The notes beneath the pieces were generated by a model, which worked only from the letters and a program-made list of their open reading frames with translations, was not told the origin of the DNA and searched no databases. From positions 64,001-128,000 of the IMG/VR virus record IMGVR_UViG_3300007539_000009: 64,000 nucleotides of DNA; one strand, written 5' to 3'. This stretch comes from a virus. Below are positions 1 through 9,032 of this stretch, piece after piece (the stretch's first letter is position 1; every line of letters starts with the position of its first letter). The position numbers and the translations under genes are program-made.

Positions 1-3000
1 ACAGACAGACCTTTGTCGATCAGACCCTTACGTGCACCAGGCGTTGTGCTGAGGTAGGCGCCAAGGTCGTGGCCTTCTGCGTAGGACTTGCCGACGATGA
101 TCGGTACGACCTGGTTTTTGTGGTCACGGGTGCCTACGGGGCTAAGCACCATCTGCTGGATCTGGCCTTTCTTGCCCAGCGCGCCAGACAGCGGACCAGC
201 CTCGACGAACCGGTTGTTGATTGCAGCGTCTAGCAACAAGCTGAGCTCCGCCACGGCCTCGTTAGCCGCTACGTCGTACCCGACGGTCTTGCTGCGGCGC
301 TTAGCCTTCCTAATCACCGCATCCCGCTTCTTCGTGTCGATTTCCAGGTCGCGGAGACTGACGCTGAAGCCGACTTCGGTGACGTAGTGGTTGCCGAGGT
401 TCTTGACCTCTGTGATTACACGCGCTGCTTCGCCGGACGAGAGCTCGCGCCCCGCACGCTCCAGATCGGCGTCCATGAGCTTACGTGTCGTTGAGCGGTA
501 CGCAGGCCGCACAGCTTGCGGGAAAGTCTGCGCGTAGATCCACTGGCCGATGCAGTGCACCTGCCCGCCCACGCGTGCCGCCTGGTTCGCCTTGACCTTC
601 TTGTCGCGGTAGAGCTGGAACAGGCTTTCCCAGTTACTCACTGACGGCGTGTTGCCTCTGACCTTTGGGGTGGTCATCAGGTACACACCCAGCGCAGTCT
701 CCTTGGTCGGCGAATGTACGAGACTGTGGTCCTGCGGGCTGAACAGGTTTTTGCTAGGCAGCAGCCGGTCAAACGCCTCTTTGCGCGCCTCTTCCGACAC
801 CGGCACATGGATACCCGCCGTGTCGCCGTCGAAGTCCATGTTGAAGCCACCCACAATCAGCGGGTTGACCTCAACGGCCTTGCCTTGGATCAGTCGCGGC
901 TTAAACGCTTGGATCGAGAACTTGTGCAGCGACGGGGCGCGGTTCATCAGCACAGGCCGATGCTCCATCTCAATCTCGAGCGCCTTGACGGCCAGCGGAT
1001 CGTTCTCTTCGATCGCTTTGCGTGCTTCGATAGGTGTCTTGCCCATCGACTGCAGCCGCTTGACCACAAACGGCTTGTACACCCGAGCTGCCATCTCTTG
1101 AGGCACACCGACCTCATCGAGATGCATCTTCGGGTTCGGAATTACGGTTGACCGCCCCGTAAGATCCTGCGCCCTACCGGACACTTTCGATTGGAAGAAC
1201 CCATACTTCGGAGCTGTCTTCCCTTTGATCTGTGAGACGAAACCTTGAAAGTTGCGTGCGCGAGTAAGTGGGTCACTCGTTCCGACCACACCTCCCACGG
1301 CTCCCGTGAGTGCTTGGTAGAGCGGACGTAGGTTCTCCTCATCAACCCCGAGACGGCGCAGCTCGCGAATCTGGTTGTTGACGAGCATGACTTCCCGGTA
1401 TCCGTGCACTGCGTCAGCAACACTCAGCGTCCCATCAGGCTGCACCGCAATCTGACGGAACTTGGGCGGAATCACGGGGAGCTGTTTGTTTACATAGGCG
1501 TCGGCAGGCTTGATGCCTGACACTTTCAACGCCTTCAAGTACCGCAGCCGCTTGTGCGCCTTATCCAGCCCAGTGCCGCGCTTACCAGCAGCGGCTTTCT
1601 CGGTGATCTGAATCTCTTTCTCTACGTCAACGTTATCCAGGATGCGGCGGACACCGTCAGCCCCAGTGATGTTGCCCTCGGCTTCTTCAGTGATCTGACC
1701 GTCGGGCGTCACGAACAGCTGACGATCGATGATCTGCTGCAGCTGCTTCTTAGTCTTGAAGGCGCCGACTGCTGCGACAGCATCGATCATCAACGGGTGG
1801 ACAACCGGAGTTTCGAGGGTGATGTGGTTCCAGCGGTTTCCACCAATGCCGCCTGTCAGGCCAGGATCAAACAGCCCGCCCTTCTCAGGGTTCAGGTTCT
1901 TCGCGTTGACTACCAGCGGCTTCTTCAGCTCGCCGCTCGACATCGACAGGATCTCGTTGTCAGTCATAGGTGTAGCTTTGATAGTGCTACCTGACTGCTC
2001 GAGATTGATGCCAGCTGCGAGCAACATGGCAATGAACTTCTCTTCTACAAACGGCGTCTGCGGAGGAGGGGTCGGCTGCCCGGTTTGTACCGCGCGCCAG
2101 TACTCGTCGTTGCGCTGACTCTTGAGCCCGAACGCGTCGTGCAAGAACGCGGTGGCATCGCCGGACAGCAACGAGAACGTGTCTAGCGCGCCAATACGCT
2201 GCGCACTGGCGTCACCGCCTTTGGTCGGCTGTTGGTCAACGGAGTAACGCTCACCAGTAGCGGCGCGTGCAGAGATCTTCTTCGATACCTGGTGCTTCAG
2301 CTTGAACCAGGTCATGTTCCCGACGAGCACGTCATCGAGCTGGTCGCCCGTGGTGGGATCAACGATCGTCTCCTCGTCGCTGATTCCAGCGTCTGCGAGC
2401 TCCTTCTTGAGCTTCTGCAGTGTGCCGGCAGTGCCCTTCTCGTTGAAGTTGTCTGCGTAGTAGACCTTGCCCGTCTTCTCTGCGAGCTTGCCAGCTGCTG
2501 CTTCAAACAGCTGACCAGTATTGACACGCCCCGGCACGCCAGCCGGGTTCATTAGCAGGTCAATGGTCTGGTCATCCTGACCTTTGGGCATTTCGTTGTC
2601 CGGAAGGATGCAGTTTCCCGACCAATGACATTTACCGTTTCGTCGGACATATACCAAACCACCAGGGACTGTCACGCAGAACACCTCACCGCTGTACTCA
2701 GTGGTGTATCGATCTTTGTTCTGGAACCCCTGCTCAACGCGATCACGGTACAGAGATAAGCACCACTGATCGCGATACTCGTTGCGACCAGCAACAAATC
2801 GAATGACCCCGCTACCTCCTGTGAGAACCCAGGCGCGGTGCAAGTCTACTGCAAGCTGTTCTGAGGTTATCGAAATACACATAGCTTGGTGCTTCGGCCG
2901 TTTCGCGCCGTCGCCCAAGTTGAACGCGTCTACAAGTCGTGTGAGCGCTGCCTGAGACGTATGAAACCAATGCTCAGGTATGTACTTCTCCCACGCATTA

Positions 3001-6000
3001 CCCAGGCTGTGCAGATACTCGTACACAGCTTTGTTGGCGAACCGGAAATAGCCGTGCCCTCGAGATTTATCGGTGTAGTGGTACTTCCAGGTGATCCCTA
3101 ACTTGGTGAGCAAGGCCCCGATACGTTTACAGTTGTCGGGATTAGCTACCTGGCTTTGGGCGATATGAATGCGATACTGACGCACTTGTGCGACGCCGTA
3201 CCGACCACCGGCTAAGCAGCCTTCAGCCAGATACCATCCCAGCAGCTCGGCGAAGTCTTCAGTATTGAACTTACGAAGACAGTCACGCCCTTTAGCTCTT
3301 GCTGCTTTTGGTAGTACAAACACTGCGGCAGTGTGTTCAGGAAGCGAAGATTTAGCTGCGTACTGCAGGTACCGACGTCCCTTGACTTCATCAGCTCGCT
3401 GGAACTTGTATTCAGCGGTCTGACCGCGATAGTGCTCGATGCGGCTCCACACCCGATGGTCTGGCGTTACCAGATAGTCGAGGTGGTCGTTGGCCACTCC
3501 GTACATCGGCCCAGAGTAATCGAACCGATGAAGTGCTTCTGGTGTGACGAACTCAAGACGGCCGCCTATTTGCGCGCTAATCTTATCTGATAGCGTCAGC
3601 TCTGAAAACGGCTTCCAGCCATTGGCAGTGAGAATATCTGTCTGATCGTCAAAGCAGGTCACGATGCCCTTAGATCCGTGGCGAGATGACAGCTTGTCAC
3701 CGACCTGCATCTGCTCTTTGGTGTGGATGTAGACCTTGACAAATCCACGTGACTCCACAACGTCAACAACAGTGCCCTCATATGCACTGTCCCAGACTTC
3801 TGAGATGTCTACGAACTTCAAGCCCGCACTGCGGTGCAGCTTGCTGTAGTCGTACTCCGGGTGGTACTCCGCTTCCTGGATAGCGGGGATCAGCACAGTA
3901 CCCGGAGGCACTGTTGCACCCTTTTTGACTATGCCGGACTCGGTGTAGAGGTCAGCAGGACAGTTGGCGACTTCAGTAGGGAAGGCAGCCAGGTATTTCT
4001 TACGCCCGACATGTACCTTCTTCTTGATCTGTACGCGGAACTCATACTTGTGCGTAGAGGTCAGCTTCTTGGCGCACGACTCAGAAATGACGATACCGTC
4101 CTCGAAGTTGTACCCCTTCCAGGCGGTGTACGCGACTTTGAGGTTCTTCCCCATAGCCAGCGAACCGTCTTTGGTGAAGTTGTTTCGCGCTACGTCCTGG
4201 CCAGCTTTGACACGGTCTCCTACTTTGACGATCGGCTCGTCGTGCAAGTAGGTGTTTGAGTTCAGCGGATAGTTATGCCTAAGCGGCACTTTGTAGACGC
4301 GACCACGACTAGGTCGGATCTTGATGTAGTCGTCAGTGACCTCAGTCACCACACCGCCACGAGCCTCGCCAGTGCGGATGTCGACAGCCTTAGGCGTTAG
4401 CGCTGACCCAAACAGCTCCTCGTAGCCACCTCCTGCAAGCCGGTGCTGCACTAGAGGCTTGTCGGGGTCTACAAGCCCTACCGACTGTTCAACGTGCTTG
4501 TCCCCCATCAACACACGGTTCGCGTGGTTGTTGTTGAGGAATGGCACCATTGCCGTGGTGCTCGAGAAGAACGCGTCAGGCGACACGAAGATGTAGTCAA
4601 CCTCGCTAGCCTTAACGTCAGCGATCTGGTTGCGCCGACGTGCGCGGACCGACTCGGGGTCTTTCGGCTTAGGTTTGCCATCAAAGCCCTTCTTGGGGTC
4701 CTCCGGCATGTTGCTGTACTGGTCAGGGAACGCAACGGTCGTACCGTCGAGGTCCTGAACAGACACCTCGGTGCGCTTACCTGTCGCTGCAACGTAGACA
4801 GGCACAAAGAGCGTCTGCCCTTTCTTGATAGCACCAAGCGAGAGGTGGTTGGTCACACCGACCTTATCGCCCTCAGGTGTATGCAGCGGGTCGAGCAGGC
4901 TGAAGTGCGACGGGTGTACGGTGCGCACGTCGTCAGTAATGGCGTGCGAGCTCGAGATGCCGCCGTCTCCGATGGTTGTGACCAAGGCATTGACCGAGGC
5001 CATGTCCAGCGGGTTGTTCTGGTCGCTGTAGCGCGTGAACTCCGACGTGGTGAAGAACTGGGTGACCGGCTCAGAGAACGTCATCGGCGGGATGACAGAG
5101 TCGATCGTCGGGTTCCGCATCAGCTCGAACTTGAGCTTGCGCTGAATGGCAGGAGCAGCGTTCTGGATCTTCTCAGGTACGAAGTCCTCGACTGAGTGGA
5201 TCGATTTGAACGCCAGAGACTCTTTGTCGTCTGCCTGCGCTTCCTTGCGCGAAACAGCCAGCGCTTTCTTGACGCCTTCGTAGAACGCCGAGCGATCAAT
5301 CTTGCTGACCGGCCGGCCTACCGTCAGCTTGTTGACAGCAGGGTCCAGCGGCTTTGATTCCATGAACTCCCTGACGAGCCTCATCTGCTCGTCGAGTTCG
5401 TTGCTCTGCGCGTAGGGCCGCAGCTTCGACAACATACGCTCTACGTCTCTGCGCAGATCCGCAGCCTCGAAGTTAGTCGGGTAGAGCTCGTTCGTCAGCA
5501 ACTGCCGGATCTCAGCATCGCGCATCCCCATGCAGCGCAGCACAGAGTAGATCGGCACATGGAAGCCGGAGCCGATACGCAGCCGGATTAGACCCGTATC
5601 CCGGTTAAGCAGGATTTTGAGCGTTCTCGACGCTGTGGTGTTGAGGAACACCTCAACCTGGTTGTCGTTAGCATCTGACGTGTAGATACCAGGACGCAGA
5701 CGAAACTGGCTGACGACTTGGACTTCCTTGCCCTTTACCAGGTAGCTGCCGTTGGCCGTAAGGTGCGGTATTAGCAAGATCGGATGCCGGTTTTTCTCGT
5801 CCAGCACCTTGCCACTCTCGTTCTTGATCTTGACGTCAGCTACCAGGACAGCATTGAGCGTGCCCTCTTTGAGCTTCACGTCTCGCTGTCGCTTGACGTC
5901 TAGCAGTACGTCAGCACCCACTTTGCGCCAACGGAAGTTGGACGCAGTAAGCGTGCTCTTGTCCCCGATCACCGGGAACTGAGCTTTGACGATGTCCTCG

Positions 6001-6050
6001 CTTTTAGCCAGGAGCTCCGTGAAGCGCTCTAAGTGCGCGGACTCAATCAT
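1..6050 (-). CDS. Multi-subunit-type RNA polymerase, beta and beta-prime fused in one ORF (3' end outside window); contains an intein
   Basis: Hand translation from ATG at 6050 (MIESAHLERF...); the segments I translated share one frame from 6050 to base 3. Beta motifs: DQNNPL, VHPSHFSLLDPLHTPEG, GYNFEDGIVISE, GDKLSSRHGSKGIV, LLMNPAGVPGRVNTGQLFE. Beta-prime motifs: GGLFD, SGRAQDLTGRSTVIP, VLMNRAPSLHKFSIQAF, NMDFDGD (822-842), GARKGLID (18-38). Missing from ORF track because it has no stop in the window. Confidence 0.95.
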   Translation of the reverse strand, partial: MIESAHLERFTELLAKSEDIVKAQFPVIGDKSTLTASNFRWRKVGADVLLDVKRQRDVKLKEGTLNAVLVADVKIKNESGKVLDEKNRHPILLIPHLTANGSYLVKGKEVQVVSQFRLRPGIYTSDANDNQVEVFLNTTASRTLKILLNRDTGLIRLRIGSGFHVPIYSVLRCMGMRDAEIRQLLTNELYPTNFEAADLRRDVERMLSKLRPYAQSNELDEQMRLVREFMESKPLDPAVNKLTVGRPVSKIDRSAFYEGVKKALAVSRKEAQADDKESLAFKSIHSVEDFVPEKIQNAAPAIQRKLKFELMRNPTIDSVIPPMTFSEPVTQFFTTSEFTRYSDQNNPLDMASVNALVTTIGDGGISSSHAITDDVRTVHPSHFSLLDPLHTPEGDKVGVTNHLSLGAIKKGQTLFVPVYVAATGKRTEVSVQDLDGTTVAFPDQYSNMPEDPKKGFDGKPKPKDPESVRARRRNQIADVKASEVDYIFVSPDAFFSSTTAMVPFLNNNHANRVLMGDKHVEQSVGLVDPDKPLVQHRLAGGGYEELFGSALTPKAVDIRTGEARGGVVTEVTDDYIKIRPSRGRVYKVPLRHNYPLNSNTYLHDEPIVKVGDRVKAGQDVARNNFTKDGSLAMGKNLKVAYTAWKGYNFEDGIVISESCAKKLTSTHKYEFRVQIKKKVHVGRKKYLAAFPTEVANCPADLYTESGIVKKGATVPPGTVLIPAIQEAEYHPEYDYSKLHRSAGLKFVDISEVWDSAYEGTVVDVVESRGFVKVYIHTKEQMQVGDKLSSRHGSKGIVTCFDDQTDILTANGWKPFSELTLSDKISAQIGGRLEFVTPEALHRFDYSGPMYGVANDHLDYLVTPDHRVWSRIEHYRGQTAEYKFQRADEVKGRRYLQYAAKSSLPEHTAAVFVLPKAARAKGRDCLRKFNTEDFAELLGWYLAEGCLAGGRYGVAQVRQYRIHIAQSQVANPDNCKRIGALLTKLGITWKYHYTDKSRGHGYFRFANKAVYEYLHSLGNAWEKYIPEHWFHTSQAALTRLVDAFNLGDGAKRPKHQAMCISITSEQLAVDLHRAWVLTGGSGVIRFVAGRNEYRDQWCLSLYRDRVEQGFQNKDRYTTEYSGEVFCVTVPGGLVYVRRNGKCHWSGNCILPDNEMPKGQDDQTIDLLMNPAGVPGRVNTGQLFEAAAGKLAEKTGKVYYADNFNEKGTAGTLQKLKKELADAGISDEETIVDPTTGDQLDDVLVGNMTWFKLKHQVSKKISARAATGERYSVDQQPTKGGDASAQRIGALDTFSLLSGDATAFLHDAFGLKSQRNDEYWRAVQTGQPTPPPQTPFVEEKFIAMLLAAGINLEQSGSTIKATPMTDNEILSMSSGELKKPLVVNAKNLNPEKGGLFDPGLTGGIGGNRWNHITLETPVVHPLMIDAVAAVGAFKTKKQLQQIIDRQLFVTPDGQITEEAEGNITGADGVRRILDNVDVEKEIQITEKAAAGKRGTGLDKAHKRLRYLKALKVSGIKPADAYVNKQLPVIPPKFRQIAVQPDGTLSVADAVHGYREVMLVNNQIRELRRLGVDEENLRPLYQALTGAVGGVVGTSDPLTRARNFQGFVSQIKGKTAPKYGFFQSKVSGRAQDLTGRSTVIPNPKMHLDEVGVPQEMAARVYKPFVVKRLQSMGKTPIEARKAIEENDPLAVKALEIEMEHRPVLMNRAPSLHKFSIQAFKPRLIQGKAVEVNPLIVGGFNMDFDGDTAGIHVPVSEEARKEAFDRLLPSKNLFSPQDHSLVHSPTKETALGVYLMTTPKVRGNTPSVSNWESLFQLYRDKKVKANQAARVGGQVHCIGQWIYAQTFPQAVRPAYRSTTRKLMDADLERAGRELSSGEAARVITEVKNLGNHYVTEVGFSVSLRDLEIDTKKRDAVIRKAKRRSKTVGYDVAANEAVAELSLLLDAAINNRFVEAGPLSGALGKKGQIQQMVLSPVGTRDHKNQVVPIIVGKSYAEGHDLGAYLSTTPGARKGLIDKGLS
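2613..3656 (-). mobile_element. Intein (348 aa) with LAGLIDADG homing endonuclease, in RNAP beta moiety
   Basis: In-frame insertion between ...GSKGIVT and CILPDNEMP. Starts CFDDQTDILT (block A), has LLGWYLAEG and LVDAFNLGDG dodecapeptide motifs, YSGEVFCVTV (block F), ends HWSGN followed by extein Cys. Confidence 0.93.
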
Positions 6051-6474
6051 CAGCGTCGTCCGACAACCCAGCGAAAAGCTCGTTCAGCTCTTCGTCATCT
6101 TCGCTGTTCAGGACGCGCCGTGCTTCTGCCTGGTCATCTCCTTCGCGCAGCTCTTGCTGGGACTTGTAGAGCGGAAGGTTATCGCCCTTCTCGAAGTAGA
6201 TGACGCGGATGAAGTAGTCACCGGCAGCTGAGGTCTTCTCAGTAGCGCTGATGACTTCGTAGCGCGCCGTATCGTTGTACAGCACCTGCCATCGACGGCA
6301 GTCAATGTCCTTGTTCATGTCGAGCAGCTCGATACGTCGAGCACGCGACACGTCCATCTCCTCAGAGTCAATACGCAGGAGCGCAGCAGTGAGCTTGGGC
6401 ATAGCTCCTTGCTGCTTCAGTCGTTGTGCAACGCCTTGCTGCACTCGGTCTGTGAGGGTCCTGCGTCGGGTCAT
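6043..6474 (-). CDS. Hypothetical protein, 143 aa, acidic C-terminus
   Basis: ORF overlaps portal stop (ATGA) and RNAP start; no recognisable domain. Confidence 0.8.
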   Translation of the reverse strand: MTRRRTLTDRVQQGVAQRLKQQGAMPKLTAALLRIDSEEMDVSRARRIELLDMNKDIDCRRWQVLYNDTARYEVISATEKTSAAGDYFIRVIYFEKGDNLPLYKSQQELREGDDQAEARRVLNSEDDEELNELFAGLSDDADD

Positions 6475-8432
6475 ACCGGACTGTTCTCTCTGCGCGGCGG
6501 CTTCTGCTCAGGCAGCGGCTTGATGTCGTTCACCTGATCTTGGATCAGCCTCTGACGCCGCCTGATGGCAGCAGCTAGCGCCGGGTTGGTCTGCTGTAGG
6601 ACGGCAATCTCATGCTCGATCATGTTCGGCGGGATCGTTTTGAGCATGTTGTCCGACATAGTGTCGAGCATCTGAGGATCAGCCTGCCAAGACGTGTCCC
6701 CAGGCTGCTGACCTTGTTGCGGAGCGCCAGCCGCAGCGGACTGATCAGGAGCACCACTAGGTGCTCCATTAGGCGTCCCGCCTTGGTAGGGGTCTCCACC
6801 TCCAGTTTGGGCGTTCGGATCCCCTTTTGGTGCGTACTCAGCGATGTAGCCTTGCTCCCGAGCTTCGCGGATATCCGCCTCGAGTGCCTTCTGTTGGGCC
6901 ACTTGAGCCTTTGCAGCGTACTCAGCCTGGATCACGCTGGCCTGTCCTTGGACCTTGGCAGCCTGCAGCTGCTGACGCTCCATGACTGCCAAGCGCTCGA
7001 TCTCTTCCTTCTGCTTGCGCGTGTTCTCGCGCTCGAAGTCGAAGCCGAGCTCTTCGATCGTGGTCTGATCGGACAGCGTGTTCGTTTGCCGCAGCGACAG
7101 CGCGATCTGCTTCTGCTGCGCGTCGTCCGCCATCTTGAAGTCACGGTGACGCAGGTGAATCGGCGGCATGCCGCACCAGCGCGTCAAGCGCGGGATGACG
7201 AAGTCCTTGAGGAAGTTATCGAGCTGCTCAATCTTGTTCAGGAAGATGTTCTCCAGAACACGCAGCGAGATTGACGAGCCAGTCCAATTGAGTCCGCCGT
7301 ACACAAACTCCTGGGGCGTGTCCAGACCACCAGTGATCTGCTCCCGCACCATCGTCATGTCGTTGTGGACATTGAGCGCCTGCGCGTCACCACGGATGTT
7401 CAGCATCTGCGCAGGGAACGGCATGGTGTAGATACCGTTCTGATCACGACGCCACTTCTGGATGATGTTCATCATCTTGTCTGACCAGTCCCCGAGGTCC
7501 GCAGCCATGTGCGGGCTGGGGCCGCCAGCGGGTGCTGAGGGCGTGAGGACAGTCAGCGGCAAAACGTGATCAAGCGCAATCGCTTCTTGTGCCCGGCGGT
7601 ACGTCTGGAAGAGCCAAGCGTCTTTGAAGACCGGGAGAAGCGGCGGGAGCCCGAAAGCGTCGTCCTCCATAGAGACGCTCGGGTTCTTGAAGTGGTAGAT
7701 GTTGTCGGGATCTAGCTTGACGTTCTTCTTCTCCTTCGTCGCCTTGAGGATCGACATCGGAGTTTCAAGGATTAGATCGCGGTTGGAGTTGGCGTCCTGA
7801 ACACGCTTACGCAGCCACTGAGGGATGCGGTAGATGTACGTCGAGCTGTCGCTGAACGGGTTGTACCGGACGTCGATGTACTTCGGGTTCCAGCGAATGA
7901 TCTTGGTTCGCTTCCGGTTCTTGACCGGCCGATCGTAGACCTCGAAGTCTTTGTTCTGCGTCTTGCACTCAGGGCAGTGACCCTCGAATCGGTTGTCGCG
8001 GTACTTCCAGTCCTTGTGCGTCCGCGCCATGAACTTGTGCCCGCAGTGCTTACAAATCAGGTGCCGGTCGAACGGTCGGTAGATGGACGCAAAGGCGTTG
8101 CCGTAAACCTCGTTGTCCAGCAGCAGCTTGTACTCCGCCTCGCGCAGCTTGATGTTGCGCTCGAGCAGCTCACGCCACGCTCTAGTTGAGTACGAGCTCT
8201 CAGACTCGTAGATCAGCGGTGTGATGACATACGAGCACTTCTTGTTGATCGTCGGAGCGATCTCGGAGTGCGTCGTGTAGAGGTACAAGCACCACCGAAA
8301 CATCTCCTTGACGGAGTTCGGGATGTAGCTGGTGCTCGGGTCGAAGAACGGGTGAGCGTAGTTGCCTAGCCCGCGTCCTCTGCTGCCAGAGCCTGACCGG
8401 TTGCCAAGTGAGTTACTGGATTCGAGGCTCAT
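6471..8432 (-). CDS. Probable portal protein with a CxxC...CxxC insertion and Q/A/P-rich C-terminal tail
   Basis: 653 aa; portal-like segments (YGNAFASIY, IIRWNPKYI, IYHFKNPS...FGLPPLLPVF, QEFVYGG) and position among head genes. Confidence 0.7.
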   Translation of the reverse strand: MSLESSNSLGNRSGSGSRGRGLGNYAHPFFDPSTSYIPNSVKEMFRWCLYLYTTHSEIAPTINKKCSYVITPLIYESESSYSTRAWRELLERNIKLREAEYKLLLDNEVYGNAFASIYRPFDRHLICKHCGHKFMARTHKDWKYRDNRFEGHCPECKTQNKDFEVYDRPVKNRKRTKIIRWNPKYIDVRYNPFSDSSTYIYRIPQWLRKRVQDANSNRDLILETPMSILKATKEKKNVKLDPDNIYHFKNPSVSMEDDAFGLPPLLPVFKDAWLFQTYRRAQEAIALDHVLPLTVLTPSAPAGGPSPHMAADLGDWSDKMMNIIQKWRRDQNGIYTMPFPAQMLNIRGDAQALNVHNDMTMVREQITGGLDTPQEFVYGGLNWTGSSISLRVLENIFLNKIEQLDNFLKDFVIPRLTRWCGMPPIHLRHRDFKMADDAQQKQIALSLRQTNTLSDQTTIEELGFDFERENTRKQKEEIERLAVMERQQLQAAKVQGQASVIQAEYAAKAQVAQQKALEADIREAREQGYIAEYAPKGDPNAQTGGGDPYQGGTPNGAPSGAPDQSAAAGAPQQGQQPGDTSWQADPQMLDTMSDNMLKTIPPNMIEHEIAVLQQTNPALAAAIRRRQRLIQDQVNDIKPLPEQKPPRRENSPV

Positions 8433-8435
8433 AGA

Positions 8436-9032
8436 TCACTTAGGCACGGCCATTTGGCCAATCTTGTTGGCTACGTACAGATCGATGTTGTAGAGGCGAT
8501 TCGACTGTACCTGAACGACATCCTCTAGATCAGGGTTGTCATTCCGCTTGGGCTGAATCGCGCGAATAAGGTCTTTGTACTCAGCGTCTGGTTCAGGCTG
8601 AGCAAAGGCAAGCATAGCTGGGTACTTGATCAGCCCGTCGCGTCGGCAGCACGCCTGCACGTACCCCTGCACTTCACGGCTGAACGTGCGCTTCTTGAGC
8701 GGCAGCAAAGCTCGAAGAGCATACTCAAGCTCCTCGACCGCGACCGGCTCGAACAAGTCAATGTCGTAAGGCAGATCGTTCATCGCCAGGCACGTGTTCT
8801 CGAACACGTGGGCATCCGTGAAGAATCGATCTGTGAGCTTGAATGCCCGAAGAGCCATGATCTTGCTCTTCACAATGTCCGAGCACTGAGCGTGGAACTC
8901 GCGCTCAATCTCGGACCACAGCGTCTCCGGCTCCCATTCCAACCAGGCGCCACCAAACTGCTTACTCAGCAGCTCTTGGTAGACGCCTGGAAGTATGTGG
9001 TGGGCGCGAAATACGCCCGCAAGCTCTTTCAT
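8436..9032 (-). CDS. Hypothetical protein in head operon (198 aa)
   Basis: Globular-looking ORF coupled between the KxA-rich gene and portal. Confidence 0.8.
   Translation of the reverse strand: MKELAGVFRAHHILPGVYQELLSKQFGGAWLEWEPETLWSEIEREFHAQCSDIVKSKIMALRAFKLTDRFFTDAHVFENTCLAMNDLPYDIDLFEPVAVEELEYALRALLPLKKRTFSREVQGYVQACCRRDGLIKYPAMLAFAQPEPDAEYKDLIRAIQPKRNDNPDLEDVVQVQSNRLYNIDLYVANKIGQMAVPK

Noticed and set aside
1-6050. Cellular rpoBC fusion (Helicobacter/Wolbachia type) or eukaryotic giant-virus RNAP
   Set aside because: The neighbours are portal, baseplate and fibre genes rather than ribosomal protein genes; the motifs are bacterial-like but highly divergent and compact.
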